Assembly: GCA_951406725.2 (NCBI GenBank)
Contig: OX597827.1
Span: 19,530,001 to 19,594,000, forward strand
Length of the DNA stretch: 64,000 nucleotides
Direction: 5' to 3'
From: Octopus vulgaris
Lineage: Eukaryota
The notes below the pieces were generated by a model that saw only the letters and a program-made list of their open reading frames with translations, was not told where the DNA came from and searched no databases. The translations under genes and the position numbers were made by a program. Of the stretch, positions 1 through 61,661 are shown piece by piece (the first letter of the stretch is position 1; each line of letters starts with the position of its first letter).

Positions 1-81
1 ATTGGAGTCTAGTTCGCCAGACCTCAGTCAAATCGTCCAACCCGTGCTAGCATGGAAAGCGGACGTTAAATGATGATGATG
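1..81 (+). mobile_element. RTE-3'UTR-type repeat with (GAT)n tail ('family B'), partial
   Basis: cccgtgctagcatggaaagcggacgttaaatgatgatgatg. Other copies at about 3693-3870, 5340-5655, 8609-8885, 12156-12570, 15592-16110, 16820-17290, 20309-20522, 33647-33953, 40626-40770, 42042-42360, 47686-47824 and 51585-51690. Confidence 0.8.
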
Positions 82-226
82 AAAATTTCTAGATAAAACT
101 GGGATTTACTAATAATTAATGAAATAACTACTGTGGATTTGATTTCAAGTTATATAAGCAAGTTATCTAGTATTTCATTTATTCAATGTCTGCTTTTTTG
201 CTGAATGTTTTTTGTTGTTGTTTCAG

Positions 227-45374
<45,148 letters not shown>

Positions 45375-46151
45375 AGAACAACTTCTATTTTTCTGACAGT
45401 GTGAGAGGAGAGGCAAGGGTGTGTCAAAGGGACAAATGGACAATACCACCACCACCACTACAACTACAACCATCACCATCACCACATTTGCTAACTTTCA
45501 TGTCACACCTCAGTGCATCTCATCATTTACCATTTCATATTTAACATTTTAATATTTTTTGTTCAAACTTGTAAACAAAACTTTTTTCACATTGACCTGT
45601 AAAGCCAAAACATGTTAGTGTGTGTGTGTGTGAGCCTGAGCCTGTGTGTATGAGTCTATGTATGTGTATGTGTATATATATATATATATATATATAAATA
45701 TATATATATGTATGGATATGCATTCAGTGTGTTTGTGTTGCGTGTGTATATTTGGCCATTTGTTTAAGATCTGTTTTTCCATGTTAAGTTAAGTTAATTT
45801 TTTGGCTCAAAAAGCAAAAGCAAAGCCATGTAGGGGGACATGGAGTTATGTACAGGGAGGGCGTTCATGCAAAGAGTTCAGACCATTTCTGGTCAAGAGA
45901 GACTTTGAACCGAGCAGATTTGGTTTCAGTCCTACTTTGCAGTTTTACTTAGCAAGGGTTTGGATGGATAGTTCGTTTAGGTAGGATTTTGTGGGTGTGT
46001 ATGTGTATAGGTAATTTAAATGTAGGTATCTATGTTTGCATGGGTTACCTAGAAAGTTACATAAGGTAGGCCTTTTTTATAGCCTACCCATACTTGTTTT
46101 TCAAGTAAGGGATTTTCTTTAAAAAAAAAAACTTCAAAAATTAGTGATGGT

Positions 46152-46157
46152 AATAAA
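46152..46157 (+). promoter_or_regulatory. Candidate SMC3 polyadenylation signal (alternative at 46704)
   Basis: AATAAA about 0.8 kb after the stop codon. The context is AT-rich, so support is weak. Confidence 0.2.
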
Positions 46158-47629
46158 TCAAGAAATACAAGGAGAATTTGTGATGGCATTAATTACAAAT
46201 CTGATGTGCATATGTGTATGTATATATTCACATATGAAGACATGCACATCCATATTTGTACATTAGGATATTTTTCCAAATTTATATTTACCCGTATCTA
46301 TGTATGTTTATATGTATATACACATAGGTACAAATAAGTGCAGTAATGATTGCATTAGTAGGAAGATTAATTCACCGTCACAATATTTCAGGTTTGGTCT
46401 ACAAGAGTGGCACATTGGGTACGTGTCTCCCTTCAAAAGCTGCTGGCAGACTAATGCCTTGGATATGCAGGAGGCTCACATTCCTGCATTTAAGTGACCC
46501 TTACCAAATGTATTGAGTGCCACTTCCTTTCATTTGTTCACTCACTTGCACACACACACACACACACAGACATACACACACACACACACTCACATGTTTT
46601 CACTTTCTGACTCCTTGCACGAAAGAGTTGAGAAAAAATTTTGTAATATTTGTTGAAATTTCATTTGAACAAATCATTTCAAGGATCTGTATTTCACAAG
46701 AATAATAAACCCCATAACTTGGAAAACAGGGATTGTGGGCAAGAAGGGCATTGGACAATATATCTCAATATATTTTCATCTAGATCAGGTTAAGATTGAA
46801 ACAAATGTATCACAGATGAACAATGTGTGTGTGTATGTTTATGTCTATGTGTATATGTGTGTATGTGGAGCGCTCAGCCATTTGCATGTTAATTTCAATT
46901 CATTGTTGTAACCGACAAAGTGCCAGTTATATATGTAGATGAGTGTATATTTAGGTATATTATGTGTGTATGTATATGCACACCCACACACTCACACACA
47001 TACATATATATATACATCTACAGAGGATGGGCCAAAAATCATGCACCAAGATAAAACTCATTTAATATATATCGGACGTTTGAGGTGGTAAGCTGGCAGA
47101 ATCATTAGCATGCCGGGTAAAATGCTTCGTGGCATTTCCTCTGTCCTTACGTTCTGAGTTCAAATTCTGCCAAGATCGACTTGGCCTTCCATCCTTTTGG
47201 GGGTCAATAAATTAAGTACCAGTTGTCTATTAGGGTTGATGTAATTAACTTAACTCTTCTCCTGAAATTGCTGGCCTTATGCCAGAATTTGAAAGCAATA
47301 TATATATATTGCACGTTTCAAGAAAACAACACTTCAATTTCAAGGCAGAACATATTAGAAAATGTCAGAAGTGTTGAAAATGTTTGAGATGTTTGCAGCT
47401 TTTGTTATATTCTCTTTACTCTTTCACTTGTTTCAGTCATTTGACTGTGGCCATGCTGGAGCACCGCTTTTAGTCGAGCGCATCGACCCCAGGACTTATT
47501 CTTTGTAAGCCTAGTACTTATTCTATCGGTATCTTTTGCCGAACAGCTAAGTTACGGGGACGTAAACACACCAGCATTGGTTGTCAAGCGATGTTGGGGG
47601 GGGACAAACACACACACATACATATATAC

Positions 47630-47687
<58 letters not shown>

Positions 47688-47824
47688 TCATCATCATCGT
47701 TTAACATCCACTTTCCATGCTAGCATGGGTTGGACGATTTTGACTGAGGGCTGGCGAACCAGATGGCTACACCAGGCCCCAATCTTGATCTGGCAGAGTT
47801 TCTACAGCTGGATGCCCTTCCTAA

Positions 47825-48473
47825 AACAACAAAAGGAACTCGATCTCTCTTACTAGATGTTGCTGTTGTTGTAATTCGAGTAAGACTCGTGATTATTACA
47901 AGCGTTGTTGGGCTTCTGCAACTGAGCAATTGTATAATGGCTGACCTCCGAAATCTTTCAACTGCGGCGTCTGGGGACAGTCTTTCTCGTCTGGCACCTT
48001 GTTATTGGATGCATTCTCAGAGGTAGATGCTTCCTTTTCTTCGACTGGATTATCAGCATCAGCATCTTGTTCATCTTTTACTTTTGAATGAGTCGGTTGT
48101 TGCTTCTGATATGGAATATAGCCATGTTCTTCTAAGAAGGATTCCTGCTCCTTGATAATGGTCTTCTGTTGCTCCAATTATCACAGAAGTTAAGTCTGTG
48201 ATGCTTTGAACCTGGACATAAGAATATCCGTAGATCATTGATTGATTGATTGATTCTAGTTTCAGCTCATGAGCTGTGGCCATGCTGGGGCACCGCCAAA
48301 CTTTTGCATTACAATACTTTGTTGCTTAAGTCTTTTGACAACTCTTTGATATAATGGAGAGATTGAAGCTTCCTCTCAGATTTGGTCAAACTATTTGTCT
48401 GAGTGGAGAGATTGTCCTGCTTCTTGGCCAACTCACAGAAAACTGTGAAGAAGGGCTGGTCACTACCCGCCAT
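47825..48473 (-). pseudogene. Intronless disabled SKA3-like (spindle and kinetochore-associated 3) retrocopy, N-terminal part
   Basis: Reads MAGSDQPFFTVFCELAKKQDNLSTQTNSL, then EQESFLEEHGYIPY, then CPQTPQLKDFG, a frameshift and VSHYTI. This resembles recalled SKA3 motifs (F..YGY.P; P.[ST]P.L.DFG). It has in-frame stops and a short repeat insertion at about 48236-48298. The identification is from recall only. Confidence 0.55.
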
Positions 48474-48576
48474 GATGGCCAAAGGGGTGGGCAAAAGCAC
48501 AGACGATATTCTTCTTGGTTTATTTTTTTTTTCTGATGGATATTTTTTTTCTTGCACAGCAAGAACCGCCAAACGT

Positions 48577-48628
<52 letters not shown>

Positions 48629-48736
48629 CATACATACATACATACGTATGTACGTAGTGTCTTCTACTATAGCCTTCGGCCGACCAAAACCTTGTGAGTG
48701 GATTTGGTAGACAGAAACTGAAAGAAGCTCATCGTA

Positions 48737-48775
<39 letters not shown>

Positions 48776-49169
48776 ATATGTTTGTGTGTCTGTGTTTGTC
48801 CCCCACCCACCCAACATCGCTTGACAACCGATGCTGGTGTGTTTACGTACCCATCACTTAGCGGTTCGGCAAAAGAGACCGATAGAATAAGTATACTAGG
48901 CTTACAAAGAATAAGTCCTGGGGGTCGTTTTCCTCGACTAAAGGCGGTGCTCCAGCATGGCCGCAGTCAAATGACTGAAACAAGTAAAAGTAAAGAGAAA
49001 GAGAGTAATGAATAAAATAAATAAAATAATGAATAAAATAAAATAAAATAATGAATAAAATAAAATAAAATAAAATAATGAGTACACATGTACTTGTACA
49101 TGAGGAACAAAATGAATGTGTTTTGGTACGTGACCTTTGGCCCACTCTGTAGATGTGAACACACGCATG

Positions 49170-52272
<3,103 letters not shown>

Positions 52273-52274
52273 AG

Positions 52275-52465
52275 GGAGAGTTTTCGAAAAAAAAAACAAA
52301 GTACAAAGACAGGTGGTGTACAAAACAAACAGATGTATTAGTATAACGTTCAGGAATAGAAAAAGTCTTTTACGTTTCGAGCCTATGCTCTTCTACAGAA
52401 AGGGACAGAAAAAACAAGGAGAGAAGAAAAATGTGTGTAGTGGCTAACGATCTATCATGGCGTCT
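52275..52465 (-). mobile_element. Penelope-like terminal-repeat fragment
   Basis: Minus strand has GAAGAGC-loop-GCTCGAAACGT within TA repeats. A related fragment lies at about 57068-57250. Confidence 0.5.
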
Positions 52466-52576
52466 CATATATATATATATATATATATGTCTTCTGGCGT
52501 ATAATATACATATACACACACACACACATACATATGTATATATCATCATTGTTTAACGTCTGCCTTCCATGCTGGC

Positions 52577-52609
<33 letters not shown>

Positions 52610-53149
52610 TAGATGTGACTATACATAAGGTATTTATATATGTGTATGTTTGTAACTGTGCCTGAATATTAACAGCTCACACTTTTACTTGTTGTTGCCA
52701 GTGATATTATTTGCTGTTCACATTCTGACTGGTTGCTGAAAGGTTTGGAAGATCTGTGGAATGGCAATTTCCTTACGTAAAGCACAGTTAAATATTGCCA
52801 ACAACAGGAACATTCCCATAAAATTTTGCTTTACATAAGTCCTCCCCATTCAACTCCTGCTAATATAGAAAAAACAGACATTGAATGGATAAATATTTGT
52901 ATGTGTGTATATATATATATATATAAATATGGATACACACAAGCAGACTTATGTGTGCATACTTTGTGTTTGTGTGTATATATAAGCGCAAGAGTAGCTG
53001 TGTGGTAAGTAGCTTGCTAACCAACCACATGGTTCCGGGTTCAGTCCCACTGCGTGGCATCTTGGGATGTGTCTTCTGCTATAGCCCCGGGCCGACCAAT
53101 GCCTTGTGAGTGGATATGGTAGACAGAAACTGAAAAGAATCCTGTCGTA

Positions 53150-53206
<57 letters not shown>

Positions 53207-54233
53207 CTGTGTTTATCCCCCTAGCATTGCTTGACAACCGATGCTGGTGTGCTTACGTCCCCGCCACTTAGCGGTTCTGCAAAAAGAGACCGATAGAATA
53301 AGTACTGGGCTTACAAAGAATAAGTCGCGGGGTCGATTTGCTCGACTAAAGGCGGTGCTCCAGCATGGCCGCAGTCAAATGACTGAAACAAGTAAAAGAA
53401 AAAAGAAAGAAAAAAAATGGCAATGTGGTCCTCACCTGCAGTGTTTTGCAGTCCTTCGGGTTTACTCTCACTTCCTCAGTACCTTCTGCTTTGGTTCAGG
53501 GCGTATTCGTACCTTGTGAGGTAATTTGTTTGATGGAAGCTGTAAGAAACCCATCATGTCAGTTCTACACACACACACACACGCAGTTCTGTGTGTGTGT
53601 GTATGTTCATGTTTGTGTCTGTGTGAACAAAATCACACTGTGGCCCAAACCCTTTTTGCAGTTCAGTTACAAACAGCGATAATCACTGGTAGTGCCTGTT
53701 ACCATTTCATTTTATCAAATCAAGGAGTAGCTCTGTGCTTTAGAATTCCTCTGGAATCGGTGATCCCTTACTTGAAAAACATGTAAGGGGTTTTTAACAG
53801 GAAATGCATCTGGCTATAAAAATCATGCCTCAATCTTCATCCATCGAGACCATGGCTAGCATGGGAAGATAGGGGTTAAATAATACAAAGAAACAATAAT
53901 TTTATGTCCATTTTTCCATGATAATGTGTTAGAGATATAGATGTTATTGTGGCATTGTTTTACAGCCAAACATTATATATATATATATATATATGGCGGT
54001 GCCCCAGCATGGCCACAACTCGTGAGCTGAAACTAGATAAAATAAAATTTAAAAAAAAAAAAAATATATATATATATATACACATACACATACATATATA
54101 TATATACATGCCAGCATACTGGGCTTACAAAAGAATAAATCCTGGGGTCGAGTTGCTTGATTAAAGTCGGTGCTCCAGAATGGCCGCAGTCAAATAACTG
54201 AAACAAGTAAAAGAGTAAATATATATATATATA

Positions 54234-55557
54234 CTAGCAGAGATACCCGGTGTTGCCCATGTTACATGCAATTGAAGTATTAGACTTTTCTGTTATATTT
54301 TCTGTAATGAACTGGAATATCTATGTTTCGAATCTCATCAAAATTGCAGATGAGGGTTATTTCCCTCTTTATACACCCTAAAAAAATTGTAATCATGCCA
54401 CATGTATCCCATACTACTGATTTTTATGCACATATTCCAAAATTCCAGTCTTATTGAACCTGTTAAAAAGATTTTGCTCCTGAAAAATGAAAGTCATAGA
54501 GCTCTAAAATGTGAGAGTTAAGGCCCCTGTTGGGGGTGGGCATCTTAATATCAACCAGAGAAGTTGAATTGTTGAGAATCTTTTTAACTTTGGTCTTATA
54601 TCTATTGTTTGAATTTCTTTGAAATAGGAATATATGTTCACTGGGTTTGTAAAAAAGAGCAAAGCTACAGGAAACGAAAAGACGAATGATCACAATAAGC
54701 AGTCAGCTACCCTACCTTAGTCGTTACCACTCCCAATGTAGGATTACTCACCATCCAGGTGACAGGCACAGCCGTAAGATGCATTACGAATCTATAGCAA
54801 TTGGAAGGGTGTGACCCAACTGAAATAAACATTAACAACTGTGTGACGTGAGGGCTAAGGAGAAATGAAAGTGTCACTTCTGGAATTTGCAAATGACCAC
54901 TATACTGATACATAACTGGACAAAATAAATTTACAATCTATAAATGTCTTTGAATAACCAGTCACTCACCTGGGAAGGCCTTGAAATTAATATTACCATC
55001 TGGGGACTATGTGTGACCCAGTGATAATAAAAAGACTGAAAGGAGGTCTGCAACCAAATAACTTTACTCAACTCTTTGCAACTGAATCAGTGGAGGCAAA
55101 GATGCGTCTCATTTACTTGACAATTTATGCACCACATTGCAGAAATCACAATGTAAGTGCATGTCAAAGCAAACTGTTACACTGTTGTACCATTGAATTA
55201 CAAATAATGCTCATCTTTTATGCTCGGGTAACCCTATAGCTTCCAAGAGCACAACTGTATTCGTTTTCGCTTAGATAAAATGACAAAATTGTGGGTGTTA
55301 AGTCCCCATGGAGGGGTCTTTCTAACTTGTAAGAAGATGAAATTTTATAAATATTACTTCATTTGTGTCTAATATCTATGGTTAAAATTTCATCAACAGC
55401 AAAAATATATGAATTGTCATGGGGGTTATTGCCCTTATGCATAGAATATAATTTCCAAATTTCATAAAGATCCATTCAGTACTTTTGAATTAGTTTTGGA
55501 TCATAAAAGAAATGACTAAAATTTGGGTGTTACACATACAAAGATAAATTGATAGAT
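54234..55557 (-). mobile_element. Helitron-like non-autonomous element; 5' boundary uncertain
   Basis: aCTAGcagagatacccggtgttgcc terminus like the other Helitrons in this window. Confidence 0.45.
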
Positions 55558-55869
55558 ACAACTGAGTGGGCAAACAAAAATATGAGACACAGCCTAGTGC
55601 TTTTTTATGTTGATAAGCCTGACTACTTATTCTATTAGTCTGTACTTGTGAAAGCAGTAAGTTATGGGGATGTAAATAAATAAACAGCAGTTGTGAAGCA
55701 GTGATGAGGGCGAAACACAGAGACAAAGACACTTACATATATACATACATATATATACGATTGATTTGTTTCAGTTCCTGTCTACGAAATCCATGTGTGC
55801 GTGTGTATACATATATATATATGTATACACACACACACACAAAGATATATATATATATATATATATCTT

Positions 55870-55914
<45 letters not shown>

Positions 55915-56180
55915 ACACACGCACACACACAAAGATAAATTGATAGATACAACTGAGTGGGCAAACAAAAATATGAGACACTGCCTAGTGCTTTTTTTAT
56001 TTTGATAAGCCTGGTATTTATTCTATCAGTTTCTTCTTGTGAAACCAGTAAGTTATTGGAATGTAAATAAACGAACAGCAGTTGTGAAGCAGTGATGAGG
56101 GAGAAACAGAAAGACACACACATAGACTTACATATATACATACATATATATATACAATTGATTTCTTTCAGTTTCTGTCT
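55535..56180. repeat. Tandem duplication (~390-bp period) of a diverged SINE-A-like segment
   Basis: aaagataaattgatagatacaactgagtgggcaaacaaaaatatgagacac occurs at about 55540 and 55931, and similarity continues downstream. Confidence 0.75.
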
Positions 56181-57249
56181 ACAAAATCCACTGACAAGGC
56201 TTTGGTTGGTCTGAGGCTATAGCAGAAGACACATACCAAGTTACCACACAGTGGGACTGAACTGAGGACCATGTGTTTTGAAACCAAGTGTTTTACCACA
56301 CAGCCACACCTGCACTGATGTATGTATGTGTGTGGGTGGGTGTGTATATGTATACATGTATATGTGTACATATTACATGTACATCTATATATATACATCT
56401 ACACATACATGTATACATATATATATTCATATATAAACTTACTAAAAAGGTCTAATGATTAAAGTTTTTTCCAAAGTTATAGTCACAGGATACAATGCAG
56501 CCAGCAGTGGTGAGTTTAGGTCACTATACCCAGCTGAACTTCAGCAACTCAAGATCATTAATGAGGGTTTAGGGGGGATTCATCTTGGGGAGTGGGGAGG
56601 GTTTTTATGCTTAGTGCATGTGTATGGGATTTGTTTTTGAAAGTTTTTAGATATCAGGTGAAATTTCAAAACCGACAGGCTTGTGTCACCAATTACTACT
56701 TGCGTACAGTTGAGAGTCCCAGATGAACCTACCTCACGGCAAGAGGTGCAAATGAGGGTAGCCATATCAAACTCCATTCTTCACCAAGTGCCACACATTA
56801 TAGGAGGCTCTTAGTAATAATAGTGTAGCAAAACGGCGGTGCATCAGCATGGCCGCAGCTCTGAGCTGAAACTGGAGAGAAAAGAAAAATATTTATATAT
56901 ATAGATATATATATTTATATATATATATATTCGTATATATAGATATATATATTCGTATATATAGATATATATATTCATATACATATATATATTTATATAT
57001 ATATTCATATATACATATATTTATATATATACACATATATATATATTTATATTTATATATATATATAAGTTAATCCAAACAAGAAAACACAACAACGCGA
57101 GGACGTGGAACAAATATAGTATTATTGGACGCTCAGGAAAGAAGGAGGGTTTAACGTTTCGAGCGGAGCTCTTCGTCGAAAACATAGGAGAAGGAAAGCT
57201 CCAGAGAAGGGAAGGCAGGAAAAAAAATCGCCAACGGTACACACGAGGT

Positions 57250-57284
<35 letters not shown>

Positions 57285-57383
57285 TCATAGTGCCAAACAA
57301 CCAAAACGGAAACCCCAACCCACCAAACAAACAACAGAAAACCCCATGGAGGATCCAATGCCATCTAAAACCCTGCAGGAAAG

Positions 57384-58837
57384 ATGAAATCTCGAAGGCA
57401 CCCAAGAACCTGCAAATTTTACCTGCAAGGCAAATGTTGGCATTGGGAGGACGGCAAAAACTGCCAGTTCGCCCACCCGACACTCCACCAGAACTACAGA
57501 GGCCTTAAAGAGAAAAACTTCCCCGAGGAAAGACAAGAAATGTCTCCAAGGAAAAAATTCACGAAAGAAGTGTGCTCTTCAGATGTTATGCGCAACGCAG
57601 CAGCTGAGCAAGTCTTTTTGTACTTGGTGCAAAAGATTGTGCAGCAGCTGACCTGGCTACACCAAGCACAAACAAGGAACCTTGCCCATCACTATGCAAG
57701 ACCACCACAGTCAACAGACACGGGATGGTCTCCCCTAACACCTGCTCAGTCGTCAACCCAATACTTTTACTAAATATTGGGGGCCTGTTGCATCATAATA
57801 AAAACAAAATTTCTTTCCTGAGAGATCTTACTGCATGCAATCAAGCCCTATGCATAGCACTCGTGGAAACTCACCTCAGCCCTGATATAGAGGACGCAGA
57901 CGTCCACGTACCAAACTATGCCATACTGCAAACAGACAGAAAGGAAAGGAACCATGGTGGAGTTGCTGTATACATTCGTGATGACCTCACACCCCAGGTC
58001 TTACTGTCATACTCAAATTCGATATATGACACTCTAATTGTATACATAAGACAACATAATATAGTCATATGCAATACATATTGCCCACCGGATGCTCCAA
58101 ACCACATAGGCAAGTCTAAAGGTTGCCTCACAAGAATTAAAGAAATTCTCATGAATCTGGAACACCACGTAACCATATTTCTTATGGGTGATTTCAATTT
58201 CCCCAACGCCAAATGGCCCGAAGGTCTCATACTCTCAGGAATGAATCATTGTAAGCAAGCACAGGTGGAGTCCCTGCTCAACCTCACCAATGCCCTATTC
58301 ATAGAGCAAGCTGTACTCAGACTGACTAGGGCGAATAACATTCTGGATCTCTGCTTCACGAACAATATGGACATCATTCATGATGTGAAAGTGACACCGA
58401 CATTAGTCTCGGATCACAACATAATAGAGCTATCTATGTTTGGGCCGAAAGTAACCAGAGACATACAGCCTAAAGGAAGCACCCGAAATCTCTCCAATCT
58501 GAACTTCCACAAAGCAGATTGGAAATCGATCCAAAAAGAGATCCTCAGAGAAGCGTGCCCTGGCAAAACCCCTCCAGATTCTCTTCCAGAGCTTTCTTGC
58601 AAATGGCAGAGTGCCAAGCTAGTTGAAGGAGGGAATAATATGCCCCAATACATAAATTGAGTCCAACTCCTGCTGCAGGTGTGCAACATCGCTGGGGTTC
58701 TGTATTTTCTGCGAGACTTTCGTATCATCTTCATAGCTTGCAAGGGTGGCTATCCGGGCATTTGATGGCATATCTGAGAGGGCCACTATAAAAAGCAGTG
58801 GTCCCAAGACAGTGCTCTGTGGAACACCGCTCACTAT
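57384..58837 (+). mobile_element. CR1-group LINE remnant: CCCH zinc-finger ORF1 piece, APE endonuclease, inverted RT piece
   Basis: CKFYLQGKCWHWEDGKNCQFAH; IALVETHL, GGVAVYI, MGDFNFP, NILDLCF, SDHNII. The minus strand at about 58640-58837 reads [20 protein letters not shown]. Confidence 0.8.
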
Positions 58838-61400
58838 TTGTTGAATAACACCCCTGCAAACGACAAGGTCCTGATCCTTGGAGACTTCAACGCAAGAGTT
58901 GGGAGGGACTCGGAGGCTTGGAAAGGAGTCCTTGGAAGACACGGTATTGGTGACTGTAATGACAACGGGCACCTCCTGCTCGAGTTCTACACAGAGCACC
59001 AACTTGCTATTACGAACACAATCTTCCAACGGAAAGACCGTCTGAAAACAACTTGGATGCATCCCCGGTCCAAACATTGGCATCTACTTGATTATGTGCT
59101 TGTGCGCCAGCGGGACCTGAAAGACGTTCTACACACAAGAGTGATGCCCAGTGCAGAGAGCCACATCGACCATCGCCTTGTCCGCTGCAAGCTCAAACTG
59201 CAGTTCAAACCCAATCCCAAGAAGAAAGGTAACCCCCGGGAGGAAGTGAAAATCAAGTTCCAAGCAAACCTGCAGCAAAGACTAGACGAATCCCCCTGCA
59301 CTGAAGACACCACCCCAGACACCTTGTGGGAGAACCTGAAATCAGTCATCCTTAAGACATCTATCGAAGTTCTCGGGCACACAAAGAAGAAAAACAAGGA
59401 CTGGTTCGATGAAAACGACAAGGAGATCCAGGAATTATTGGCAAGCTCATCAGGCCCACCTCGCACAACCAGTCTGTCCTGTAAAGAAAACTACCTTTCG
59501 ACGCGCATGCAGCACCCTACAGCGAAAACTCAGAGAAATGCAGAACGAGTGGTGGGACCACCTGGCGTGGAGAACCCAGCTGTGTGCTGACCCCGGAGAC
59601 TATAGAAGCTTCCATGAGGCTCTGAAAGCAGTGTATGCCCCCACCCACCAGGTCCAGCGTCCCATGCGCAGTTCAGATGGACAGGACCTCCCCACCGATA
59701 ACACCTCCATCCTCGCTCGCTGGTCCGAGCACTTCCAAAGCCTCTGCAGTGCAAACCGTACCGTACAGGACGCTGCCATTCTTCGCATTCCTCAACTTCC
59801 GCTCAAAGAGGAACTCAACGTACCACCCACGAAGAAATGATTGAAGTCATAGGACAACTCAAGAGTCGCAAAGCAGCAGGAGTTGACGGCATCCCACCAG
59901 AAATCTGGAAGAATGGAGGTCCGATGCTGCATGACAAGCTCCATGATTTTCTTGTCTACTGCTGGGAGCAGAGCAAGCTGTCACAGGATCTTCGCAACGC
60001 CGTCATCATAACCCTGTACAAGAACAAGGGTGAAAAGTCTGACTGCTCCAACTACCGGGGAATCACCCTACTCTCCATCGCCGGCAAAGTACTTGCCAGG
60101 ATCCTACCCAATAGGCTAGTACCAACCATCGCTGAAGAAAACCTCCCCGAGAGCCAGTGTGGCTTCACAGCCAACAGAGGCACAACGGATATGGTGTTCG
60201 TCCTCCGCTAACTCCAGGAGAAGTGCTGAGAACAAAACAGGGGACTCTATGCTACTTTTGTCGACCTCACAAAAGCATTTGGCACAGTGAGCAGGACAGG
60301 ACTATGGCTCATCCTGGAACGACTTGGCTGTCCCACCAAGTTTCTACAGATGGTGATCCAGCTGCACGAGAATCAGCGTGGTCAGATCAGACTCAATGGT
60401 GATCTGTCGGAGCCCTTCCCCATCTCCAACGGCGTGAAGCAGGGTTGTGTCCTGCCACCGACTCTCTTCAGCATCTTCTTGAGCATGATGATCAAGCATG
60501 CAACTGAAGATATGAAGGATGAGGATGGGGTGTATGTTAGGTATCGTCTGGATGGCAGCCTCTTCAATCTACGGCACCTCCAAGCCCACACCAAGACCCA
60601 GGAGAGGCTGATCCGAGACCTTTTCTTCGCAGACGACGCTGTCCTTGTCGCCCACACAGAGCGAGCTCTGCAGCGCATCACGTCCTACTTTGCAGACGCC
60701 TCGCGGCTCTTTGGCCTGGAGGTCAGCCTCAAGAAGACGGAGTACTTCACCAACCTACACCCCAAGAGGATTACCGCCCACCCTACATCACTATCTGCGG
60801 TACCGAACTGAAATTAACTCAGCAGTTTACATACCTGGGCTGCATAATCTCATTCGATGCAAGGATCGACAAAGAAATTGAAAATAGACTCTCTAAGGTA
60901 AATAGGTCCTTTGGCAGATTGTACAAACATATTTGGCACAATAATAACCTGAAGAACAAAACAAAGATCAGAGTCTACAGGGCCGTGGTTCTCACCGCTC
61001 TTCTCTACGGCTCAGAGACCTGGATCACTTACCGCAGTCACATCCGTCTCCTCGAGCACTTCCACCAACGATGTCTCCGCACCATCCTCAACATACACGG
61101 GTGTGACTTCGTCACAAACATTAAAGTCTTGGAGTGGGCCGAGATCCCCAGCATTGAAGCCATGCTACTGAAGTCCCACCTCCGATGGGCAGGGCATGTC
61201 TCCAGAATGGAGAACCATCGCCTTCCTAAGATTGCCCTGTTTGGCGAACTCTCCACTGGCCACCGAGTGAGAGGAGCTCCGAGGAAGCGCTACAAAGACT
61301 GCCTCAAGAAGTCTCTAACAGCATGTCAAATTAACCACCAATGCTGGTCGGTCAGACCTGGCTGTAAACCGTGATGTCTGGAGCCACACGATCTTCAATG
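58838..61400 (+). mobile_element. 5'-truncated, degenerate RTE-BovB-like LINE
   Basis: [63 protein letters not shown]. Multiple stops and frameshifts. Confidence 0.92.
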
Positions 61401-61419
61401 AATATATATATGAGTATAT

Positions 61420-61490
<71 letters not shown>

Positions 61491-61661
61491 TAAGCAACTG
61501 ACTTAAGTACCATATTCATTCGAATCTATATTATATATATATATGAGAATATACATATAAATATATATATAAATATATATATATATGTATTATATATATA
61601 TATATATATATGAGAATATACATAGAAACATATATATATATATATATATAGATGAATATAT

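Noticed and set aside
47825-48473. SKA3-like region as a functional gene
   Set aside because: It has several in-frame stops, a frameshift, a repeat insertion and a 3' truncation, and I saw no splice sites that restore the frame.
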